Shown here in pieces: positions 41,801-52,249 of a DNA stretch of 64,000 bases. The notes under the pieces were generated by a model, which worked only from the letters and a program-made list of their open reading frames with translations, ran no database searches and had not been told where the DNA came from. The first letter of the stretch is position 1, and the number at the start of each line of letters is the position of its first letter. Both the position numbers and the translations under genes were made by a program. This DNA is from Blasia pusilla (lineage: Eukaryota), in the NCBI GenBank assembly GCA_050084515.1, contig CM114271.1:41726001-41790000 (forward strand). Reading direction: 5' to 3'.

Positions 41801-44027
41801 GAAAGGGGACATCCGCCAATCATTCAAGCATTGGTAAAGGCGTGTGGAGATCGTTATGCTGATTGGCCTAGATTACTTCCATTTGCTTTATGGGCAGATA
41901 GAACCACTCACAAAGACCGATTCGGGGTTCATGCCTCTGAGTTGATGACAGTCAAAAGCCGATAATGCCAAAGAGAAGGAGATATACCCACTTGGATGGG
42001 TTTGTCGTGGGAAGACGGGCTCAATAGGAAGAGCTCCTAACACTTGAATGCAAAGCAACTAGAGCGGGAAGAGGATATTGCGAAGCGTTAGTCAAAATGA
42101 AGGAAGCAAGGTTGAAAAATAAGGAGCGCTGACAAAACTCATCGACTTCGGAAGGAGCCGATAAGAGAAGGAGATTGGGTCTTGGTGCACGACAATGCCT
42201 TGACAACCAAAGATAGTACAATTAAGAAGTTTGCACGTCGTTGGTTTGGTCCATATGTTGTAGTCTTTGCTTTTGACAATGCCACTTACAAACTACGTGA
42301 ACTAGATGGCACAATTCTCAAGTCATTTTGCCCATTGCAGGAAAAAGGGTCAAGATTTTCCGTGAGCGTGAAGGATTTCTTGATTTCGATTGAATGTGTC
42401 TAGAGGCACAACATAAGTAAGTCTATAGCAAGAAGTCTTGATGTTTTTGGGCACATACCTGGGAGGATGTGCAGGTTTGGAGGGGTGAATGTCGTATAGT
42501 AAAATCAACTGAAGTGTGTGTAAACTCCTTCGTCATTAAGTGTTAGATAGAGTTTCATTAGTATTAAGTAAATTGGCTTAGAAAAAGGAGATTCTTATGT
42601 TTAAACCTCTTTATGGTGCCTCTTTTATGCGGGCCCAACTTTAGGAAAAGGAGGTAATAAATAAAAGATGACTTTATAAAAGTAAAGTACTTGCTTTAAT
42701 GAAAAGCAAAAGTAGTCTTGGTTGGTGGCTAGGTTAGTTTGGGTAATTTGGAAAATATCATGTGGGTAAAAGAGGATATTTTGGAAGACATAAGAGGAAA
42801 TCTACTTGTGTCAAAATGTGATTGGCTAAGCCTTGAGAGGAAGCCATGTGGCACAAGATAAGATAAACTCTATTTCGTACTCTTGTGGATCCCTTGTGAG
42901 TATATAAAGAGGAGGGACCTTCAAGGGTTCATCACCTTCTATTCCACATCTTGAGTCTCTCGTGTCTCTCTTGAGTGTATGGCTTTGGGATTGCTTGCTC
43001 TTCCAATGAGAGTGGATCACCCCTCTTGGGAGAGTAACTTGATGATGGTCTATTCTTCTAGAGGTTTCTAGAGTGTGGTGTGTGTGTGTGGGGGGGGATG
43101 AGAGGTTTGTCACCGTAGAGGAGTTTAGTCATACTAAAATAGCGGATGTTTTGGCTTGTTACTTTCCCAATGAGAGTGGATTACCCCTCTTGGGAGAATA
43201 ACTCCGCCAAAACCCATTCTTGAGGAGAGTAGAGAATGTCTGTCAAGCATGGATAGGGGTGGAGCACAAGTTGTGCCCGACTTTCCTTTCCTCAATCCTT
43301 ACCATGTCAAGGTACTCTTTGTAGATAGGCATTGGTTGACTCGCTATTTAGTTTATCACTTTGGGGAGGCGTTCATGAACCTGGTCATGCAATCTCCAAC
43401 TCCGGTGATTCTTCCTATCGTCACATATGGAAGGACATGGGATTGTACTTTGTATGTCCTTATATAGCGATCCATGGATGTCAATAGGCCTGGTCAAGTA
43501 GGGTTTAACACTAGTTGTGCTATCTTCCTCGTGTACAAACGTAAAATAGTTTATAGGGATTTTATAGTTAAGAATTTCGGGGTCCGATGTTACGAAGAAG
43601 TGATCGCCTCGGCACTTCCATTTGTGATACCTATCGTGAGAGAATGGAGAGTGTACATCATAATTTTGTATTGAAAAAGGAGAACTTATTAGAGAGTTCA
43701 CCTTGCATTGACCGCATCTACCGCAGCTAGAAGGCCCGCCCTTGCTCGAAGAAAGATTCTCGACACGACACCGCTCCAGCTCCAATGCAACGCTCTTCTT
43801 GGCGGCCTATATCTTCGACCAGCAAAGGATTGTCACAGCTGCATCTTGGGAAATAAATTTATTTGCCCAAGTCTTTTTTTTTTATTTGAGCACCCTTTGC
43901 CAGCACCTCATTTACAAGGGCGTCGCCCAAGAACCCCTTGTACTCTGCCGGGTGTGTCGTTAGCACTTTCTTCACCCAATCGCAATCCTGGATCCAGTGG
44001 TGGGTGACATTCCCCTCCGATACAATC
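38855..44027 (-). pseudogene. Spliced, TE-associated gene with a C-terminal beta-class N4-cytosine/N6-adenine DNA methyltransferase domain and possible ParB-like N-terminus; disrupted by stops, frameshifts and an LTR insertion
   Basis: Motif IV-like ID..ADLPSG (~40130-40153), then REKSPALMQTLIELCSRPSDLVFDLVGLSGASIRGAWQSGRNILFLE (~39055-39195), resembling the N6_N4_Mtase tail. A phase-0 GT-AG intron (39360-39868) joins SQIR|MYHSY in frame. Confidence 0.7.
41569..43202 (+). mobile_element. Internally deleted Gypsy element (5' LTR stub, integrase fragment, PPT, 3' LTR) inserted in the amino-MTase gene
   Basis: TGTCGTATAGTAAAATCAAC starts both 41569 and 42490. Integrase NPEANGKSERGH..WPRLLPFALWADRTT and KKFARRWFGPY. 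PPT GGAGGGGTGAA precedes 42490. TSD TCCGC (41564-41568 / 43203-43207); removal restores GFWRREKV in frame. Confidence 0.85.
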
Positions 44028-44079
44028 CTACACATCCAAACTCAATATAAGAAATTTTGCAAGGTACATGGGTTCGTGC

Positions 44080-44790
44080 AACGTGTCAGACTCCGACAGG
44101 TCGTCACAGCTCATGGTTGGAATGGTAGCTACGAGCTAAATTTTGCAACCCATCGGAGTCCGAGGGATTGCATTCAGATTTGTGATTGCCTGGTTTCAAC
44201 CCGTCGGACTCCGACTTCGACCAGCAAAGGTTGTGCGCCTCTGTTGTCTTTGGACAAGAACAGGAAGTACCCGCGCAACCCGTCGGAGACTGGTGGGTTG
44301 CACTCTTCCCTCATCTTGGGATAACAAAGGCGGGCTTCCCGCGGAACTTGTCGGAGGCCGACAGGTTGCACGCTTCCTTCATGTAAGCCTTACAAGGCGA
44401 GGCACTTGCGTAACCCGTCTGAGGTCAACGGGTTGCGCGCCTCCGCCGTCTTTGGGCAAGAAGGTGCGGCACCCGCGCAACTCGTCGAAAAGAGACGCGT
44501 TGCACGCTTCCTTAATATAAGTGTTACAAGGTGAGGCGATTGCGCAACCCATCTGAGGCCGACGGGTTGTGCGCCTCCGCCATCTTTGGGCAAGAAGGTG
44601 TGGTAACCGCGCAATTCGTCAGAGAGCAACGGGTTGCACGCTTCCTTCATGTTAGCATTACAAGGTGAGGCAGAAGGGTGCAACCCATCTGAAGCCGACG
44701 GGTCGCACGCTTTTCTTATCTTGGGTTAATAGGCGAGGTACCGGGGCAACCCGTCGGTTATCGACAGGTTGCACGCTTTTCTATCCCTTG
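44080..44790. repeat. Array of TGCAACCCGTCGG / CCGACGGGTTGCA paired motifs (also at ~37500-37945 and ~39500-39835)
   Basis: The motif recurs many times in both orientations, e.g. palindrome 39688-39716. Higher-order ~134-bp period at 44448/44582. Confidence 0.85.
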
Positions 44791-44794
44791 GGTA

Positions 44795-46605
44795 ATGTCC
44801 ATCTCCTGCCAAGTGATACTGCCTCCGTTTGCGATCTCGTCACCAGACCCGATGTCAAGTGATGACGATCCAATCACGGATGGATGTTGAGGTAGCTCCT
44901 CACTCGTAACCCCTCGGTATCTCTGTCCACTCCGTGTCACACCACTTCTACTACTCGCTCTACCCCGTTCTTCCGAATCCTGGAAGAATGCCGTGATGAC
45001 AACCCTGTCTCACCCGCTCAAGCACTCAGACTCACCGAGAGTCTCCCACACTCCTCACTAGCTCACCTTTGCTAACGTCAATCCCATGATGACACACCCG
45101 GCCTCACGCACACTCAACACTCGGGCTCACCATAAGCCTCCCAACTGACTCACCTAACCTAGAGACACTCTCGGATCAAACATGCGACCCCAACGCGACA
45201 ACCGCCGTATATCCACCAACATGCTACATATGAAAAGAGTCTACACTCGTCACCATCAGTGCACCCAACTAGCACCAACTACTACTTGATACCCAACACT
45301 CTCAATCACACACGACAAGTGCAGGAAAAGGGACTCGAATGGGTAACATGATCACGCCCTCCAACCTATGCACCGTCAACACTCAGTCCTCCATGTGGTA
45401 CGACAACCTCCGCAACACAACACTCTCCTCAACCAACACGTCGAGCCTCCCGTCAATAGATGCGGACGACCCATTGGCATCAGTGGATGTGTCTCCAATA
45501 CTACCACTCCGTCAAAACACTCTCCACCAAAACACTCGCAAATCTTAGTCATGCCCGAAAAATATTACGTTCGGAAAAATCTGCCCGCCTAACCCCAAAT
45601 GTGCCTGGCAACCTCAACTCAACCCCGTCCGCACTCAACCATGTTAGACCATCTATCACGTCATCCGCGCCTCTACCACATCAACCTTACATGACTACGT
45701 CCATCTCACTAACCACGTCTGGTGTGTACCACATTGGGACGTTGCCAACCATGGCGCTCCCAACCACGTTATGGGGGGGGGGGGAGATGCGCCTCTGGCT
45801 TCTGCCTCCGTGACCTAATCCTAGCCTCCGCAACCTAAACCGCATCCGTGACCCCGCCGCCTCTACCTCCGCGACCTTTCCTTCTTACTCTTTCCTGATA
45901 CACCCGCTTGCGTATACTCGACGCCACACCGCACGCTATACCTGACTACTGTCCCCCGTCAATCAGCACCAAGAAAATCTTAGAAAAATGGGCAGCGCTT
46001 CCATCCACAACCTTTGCGTGGAAAAAATGACAAACACAATGCCAACCAGGGTCTCCACGGGCTCCCCACAAAGGCAACTCGCTTGCCTACCTGCAAACAA
46101 CGAATTCCCACCAGCCCCCTAACGTCTTTTTGATGTAAAAATAAAGACTAGTAAAAATGGCACACCTGGCCTAAAACTCCACTCCTCAATCTACATCGGC
46201 ATATCGAGCCTCATCCACCCTCTGCTATTAAGGAATCCGGACGCTAGCACCCTATCTCACACACATACAAGAGAGGTGCTCCAATAGCCCAACATGAGAA
46301 ATATGGCTTGAGAAAGCCATCTTCCTCCTTTATATAGGGTTGGGAAGAGCCAAAAGGCTCTTCCCCTAAAAATAGTTATCCTCTTGGTAACTTGCACGCA
46401 TAGGTTACTAGGAGCGGGTGACCTAGTCAACAAGTCATCCGATTGTGAAAGACCTCAACAGGAAAGTTGTCAGACGTTTCTGACACAATGGACCTATCCT
46501 CAAACTCATCCGACACCATGGGATAAAGTTACACTCAAGATAGTCCACTAACTTTTACACCCTATCCACGATAGATCTCGGCCTATCGGCTACTCAGATT
46601 TGACA
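44795..46605 (-). mobile_element. Truncated antisense copy of the 30266 retrotransposon family (terminal repeat, leader, gag start)
   Basis: Minus strand begins TGTCAAATCTGAGTAGCCGATAGG at 46605 (cf. 30266). 44795-45500 is homologous to the reverse complement of ~32790-33480 (TRSG..YRG..SEE.PQ.PSV.GSSS). Confidence 0.85.
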
Positions 46606-49230
46606 ATGCACATCAGGTGCGCGCATATATCGGCCCGACAGTATTGTTAGATGCGGCGAGTGTGGGTTCACGAGCATATCGCCCGCGTCTCTTGTAGACC
46701 AACTTGGTACCACACAAGATATTAGTGGCGGTTCTTACCATTCGGGTTAAACAATGCCATGGCTGAGTTTTAGAGGGTCGTGGATAGGATCTTGGCATGT
46801 TTGGATTTTGCTAGGTGTTATATTGGTGACATTGTAGTGTTTAGCGCTACGGTTGAGAAGCATGAGCGATAGCTAGAAGAGGTGTTTCGACGATTGCAGT
46901 TACGTGGGTGGAAGTTACATCCAGGCAAGTGGAATTCTTCTATGGCCATATTGAGTACTTGGGTCATACGATATACCCAGGGGGCCTTGGTGTGCAATAG
47001 ACGAAGGTAGAGGCTATTTCATGCATTCCACGCCCTACAGATGTGAGTCGAGTTCGTGCATTCATAGGATTGGCGAACTTCTATCGACGGTACGTCAAGG
47101 GTTTCAATTCAATTGCAAAGCCGCTAACCTTGATGACCAAGGTGGATCAGGAGTGGCACTAGGGGATGAGCAAGAGAGAGGATTTCACATGCTCAAGGAC
47201 AGATTGACGTCCGCGCCCATACTGAGGAGACCGATCAGGGAGCGTCCTTTCCAGTTGCATACCGATTGGAACATGTTGGGATTTGGAGCTATGCTCACCC
47301 ATTATGACGATGATGGTAGAGAGTTCATGGTGGCTTACGCTAGTCGTTTGAACAACACTGTAGAGGTGAAATATAGCTCGTATGAGGATGAGTGTTTGGC
47401 TGCAGTGTGGGTTGTCGCACATTTTAGATGTTATCTATTCCGCAATCCCTTTACCATCATTACTAATCATCAGCCACTTAAGTGGTTGATGGAGTCCGAC
47501 AAGCTTACAGGGAAGCTTGTGAGGTGGGCTCTTTTGTTGTAGGAGTATGACTCCCAGTTGATGCATAGACCAGGGATGCTCAACCAGGATGCAGATGGTT
47601 TGAGCCATAACCCATGCCCGAGTCAGCGAGATGCGACTGGGGCTTGTTGGCATGGTGAGAGTGATGAGGAGTTGGTGCCAAGATGGCATGCGTCAGCATT
47701 TGGGCTTGTTCACTATGGAGAGCCAGATTGTTGAGACTTCGATGGCGAGGTCTGATGGAGAGTCCTTAGATCCAAAGGCCGGTGAGGAGACAACAGGTGG
47801 CCGAGACATTCACCGTCGCGAGCACAAGGGGTGATAGAGAGCGGGATATGATCCTACAACGAGCCAGACGGTTCCGGTGGGAGGGCACACATGTGTTGCG
47901 AGTGTGGGAGGATGGTAGAGTGCGTGTAGTGCCTCATCCTTTGCAGAGAGCACGTTTGGTGCGTCATGCCCACGAGGAGTTGGGTCATTTTGGAGCGAAG
48001 AAGACATACAGCTTGCTCTATTTTCAATATTGGTGACGAGGCATGCGGACTGACGTTCAAGAGTTTGTTGCCAGATGCTTGGTGTGTGATCGAGTCCAAG
48101 CATTGTTCAATGCTCCAACTCCACAGTTGCATCCACTTGCGATCATAGGTTTAGGCTATAGATGGAGTTAGGATTTTGTAGGACCTTTACCTTTGACGGA
48201 GCGCCATAGTCGTTATGTGTTGGTGATGGTCGAGCACTTCTCAAAGTGGATAGAGTTGATTGCATTGCCTAACAAAGCAAGTGAGGGTGTATCGTATACC
48301 TTCCTAGATCGAGTGTTGAGTCATTACGACGCACCTGCGAAGGTATTGACAGACCAAGGTACAGAGTTCCGTAGGGAGTTTCAGGCCTTGTGTGATCACA
48401 CACTGATCAACCACCGCACTACTTCGCGAGATTATCTTGAGGCGGATGGACTACCAGAGCGAGTTGTGCAGACGGTGAAGAGAGGACTACGCAAGTATGG
48501 CTTGCAGAGAGGTCACCTAGGAGATTGGGACCTTCAGTTGCCGTGGTTGGTGATGGGATACAGATTCAGCAGGCAGGCAGCCTTAGCGTCTTTCTCACCG
48601 TACTTGTTGCTTTATGGCCAAGAGCCAGATTTACCAACGAGCATTCATCAAGATACTGGTAAGGTGTTGAACCTTGATAACCTTGATGTATGGATGCGAG
48701 CATGTTCTCACAGGGTTGAGTTTTTTCGGAGAGTGATGCCCATGGCGTTTGAGAACTTGGCGATTGTGCAACATCGGGATACGTTGAGGTATGTGACTAT
48801 TCGGGAAGGTGGTTATCGACCTACTACCCAGAGGTTTCATCAAGGAGACTATGTCTACTTGCAGTAGACGGCATCCACGATGTTGGATGTGACTGCATGG
48901 TGCACCATCTTGAGATGGTGCACCATGCATCGTAAGGTTTTGCCATCCGGTGTTCTCTTATTGGAGGGACGCGATGGTATGGTTTGGAAGGACCATGTGC
49001 GTAACTGTGCACCATGTCATCTTCCGAACATTAACGATACAGTTGATCCGAGCTTAGCAGTAGTTCTTGCAGGCTTGCGGTGTATGTTGTGTGGTTTCGC
49101 CTATGGTGCAACCACTATGCTAGTATGTGATGGATGTTTGAGAGGATGGCATATGGCATGTTTGACGCCACCTCTCACTAGGGTTCCTAAGGCATGATGG
49201 ATGTGTCCCAGATGTACAAAGAGTAGGTAG
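46606..49230 (+). mobile_element. Second Gypsy pol fragment: C5-MTase motif VIII stub, RT, RNase H, integrase, PHD
   Basis: VLLDAASVGSRAYRPRLL*TNL (~46638-46706), WRFLPFGLNNA..CYIGDIVVFS, PFQLHTDWN..VAYASR, RHAHEELGHFG, VEHFSKWIE..VLTDQGTEF..DGLPER, PHD 49081-49215. Confidence 0.85.
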
Positions 49231-50869
49231 TTCTACATTCCGACTTGTGTCTGTGACATGGATGACAAGAAGGCGACTAACGATGGGACCACATGAGCAC
49301 CCAACCTTCTTGCTCTTAGCGTCCGAGAGATGTATGTCATGGTAGGTAGGATGTGTATGCGCACGACAGACGCATTGATCACTTGGAGCAGAGGATTGTT
49401 GCCATGACAATGATGCAGCTAAGGGAAGACATAGAGCCAAGAGTAGGTAGTGTGACTCCAGCTTCTACCTCTTACCTTGATCGAGGTGAGGATCTTGCTA
49501 GTATGGGTTGTATGTGTAGTGTGGTTGAGGTTGAGGCTACTATGGTGGTGACTCGGGGTGTTGCGAGAGTAATCAAGCCATCAAGAGGTGGGGTTGAGAT
49601 TGACCCACATAAGGGGACCAATGGGCAACAGGCCCGGGTTCCACACTCATTCACATTGTCTAAGGCACTACATACACCATCGATGGTGCCTCTACCACCA
49701 GCGGTGCTTATAGGTCAAGCAGATGCGTCGACGTCACAAGGAGTTGGAGTGACAAATCCTATGCCGGCTCAAGTGGAGTTAATGTTGACCATAATATTGG
49801 AGATGGCCACCAGGGTAAGCCAGGCTCCACTATTTTTTGCCATAGAGTTAGCGACGTTGAGAGTTGGACCAGCAAAGGTGTTCAGGTTGGCTGCCATGTT
49901 GTGTGAGCATGGAGAGATGATTGCCTATGGATGAGAGGTAGTTGAGGAGGTGGTGGACTTACACTCGAAGCAGGTGCTCGGGACGTCCTCCATTGAGATA
50001 TGGAATGCGGCGGTGGCAAAGTTGGTAGATATGCTTGCTAGACCGGCCATAGAGCGAGCACTAGTGACACTTGGCGTGGTGTTATTGGATAACCAAGCTG
50101 GAGTATTTCGTTTAGTTGGTCCAACATGGACAGTGTACCACCCGCAACGCGTCCTACTTGATTTGGGAATGCATCCCTTGATGTTAGGGAAGACCGCGTG
50201 TTTAGCGTTGGGGTTACGGAAGGCTGACATTGAGCCCTATCCCTTCCAGATATAGACCTCGATTGGGGATGTGTCACCCACGTAATATATGACTCAACAG
50301 GAGATAGTTGTCAGAGTCCAGCCAGAGCATGCAACGGATAGTGCTATGGTCAGCACACATGCGATTACGACACCAACTGAGTCGTACGATGTGTTGGTGG
50401 GGAGTAGATTGTTATATCTCCTAGGATTCATCCTTGACTTCTAGGAGGAGACCGTTGCTTATCGACCAGGGTGGCAGTTAGGTGACGGGCGGATGAGTCA
50501 ATAACCTGTGCAATTTGCGGGGCGAGGTGGTCGAGCACGAGACGAGTCCGTGACCATATTGGTAGCTTTCACATATAGTGTTAGCTGGCCAAGAGAGTTG
50601 TTGGAGGGGAATGCACATGTTGAGGATGTCACAATAGCTGATATTCCCACGGAGAGACATGCCATGGCAGGTGTCTCTCCCCATGTTGGCGAGACGTCTT
50701 CATCATTGTGGGGTACGACTTGAGAGCTACACAGGAGTGCCGACGATCTGGTGAGACACGCATGGAGTAAGCCTTTATACCAGAGCAGCGAGAGTCAGGT
50801 GGCAATCGAGCTCCTAGAGTGGAGACATTGAAACCGCTGGATACCACACCCGTTGTGTGGTAGTGTCTA

Positions 50870-51804
50870 GAGGAGGGTGTTAGGGTGTTAGATCTCTTTG
50901 TAGGGATTAGTACCGGATTGGGAGCAGTCCTATAGGCAGGCATACGGGTGCATCAGTACCTTTATGTGGAGAGAGATGAGACCAGCCGGCAAGAATCATT
51001 ACGTCACATAGCGAGATTGGTCCAGAGGTATCTTGAGTTGTTGGCAATATCTGCAATACGGGAATATCGGCATACACTACCCACCGACATTTCTTTGGTG
51101 GGGGCGCACAATCTTGATAGAGCTGGCATCATTCATTTGGTGATTGCTGGATGGCCACCATTCATCAGTTGGCCGAGGTTTGGATTGGAAGATCCGAGGT
51201 CAAGGATGTTTTGGGAGATGTTGCGAGTAGTGCGACACTTGCAGGAGACTCAGAATTGTTCTTCGACGTACATTTTGGGGAAGGTATTGTTGTTGGGAGA
51301 CACTCATACACATGTGTTTATGAGTGTGCATCAGGTGAGGTCCAATTTTGGACGTGCTGTGCTGTTAGATGCAGCGAGAGTTGGATCATGCGACCACCAT
51401 CCACGATTGTGGTGGACAAACCTAATACCATCAAGGTACTGAGTCGAGCACACGATGAAGTCTAGAGAGCACCACATCTCATAATGGGTGCTATTTTGGG
51501 CTCAAGGCGTTGATCTCAGGAGGTGACGCGGGATGATAGACCACTTTTGGCAATGGCCAATAGATTGGGGAAGTTGAGGGCAGCCTTAACTACGTTGGTG
51601 AGCTTCCCAGCATCCCATGGCTTTTGTGAGGGAGGGCTAGGCATGATTTGGGATGAGGTGATCCAAGCATTTGAGGAGCCTACAATAGATGAGCGTAAGC
51701 ATGCCATGGGGTTCGCTATGGGTACTACAGCGATGCCAAGTATGACGGAGGCATCACGGAGACATGTGTTGGGGCAGGAAATGGACCTCAACTGTCTCAC
51801 ATAG
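50870..51804 (+). pseudogene. Retrotransposon-encoded DNMT3-like C5-cytosine methyltransferase domain (degenerate)
   Basis: Motifs in canonical order: I RVLDLFVGISTG, II YLYVERD, IV HLVIAGWP(P) then GLEDPRSRMFWE, VI YILGKV (ENV degenerate), VIII LLDAARVGS..HPRLWWTNL, IX-X ERKHAMGF..T..SRRHVLGQEMDLNCL. In-frame stop at 50933; catalytic Cys absent. Confidence 0.85.
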
Positions 51805-52249
51805 ATAGTCAGCCTAGGTGTGGCTGAGCACAGACAGATGCGAGTGTCATCCATGTTGTCATGTCAACGAGTTGGAGCATTGCCTACAGGGTCTGTATAG
51901 ACATTGGCTAAGGGCGAGACGAGAAGAGATAGGCACCCATGGACTTCCTAGGACGTCGTCCAAGTAGAGAGTGCAAAGGCGGCCAAAGCAGCACATGTTC
52001 ATTTTTTGGATATAAAGCATGGTGTAAGAGGTCAGAGTGGAGTGGCTGTTGCAGAGGTCGCTAGGGTTGCTACATAGCAACCAAAGCCGGAGGTTGCGTC
52101 CTCTCCAAGTGAGGTCACGATGGAGACTTGGGAACCTATGATAGGTCTCAAGTTGACAAGAGGAGAGCGATTGTGGATTCATAGGTTTCTAAGAGGGCAT
52201 GTCAGTTTTTTTGCCTTGAGTATGAGAGATTCAGGTATGTTGAAGGATC

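Noticed and set aside
44080-44790. CRISPR-like appearance of palindromic repeats
   Set aside because: Eukaryotic context, degenerate repeats with related rather than unique spacers, and no cas genes.
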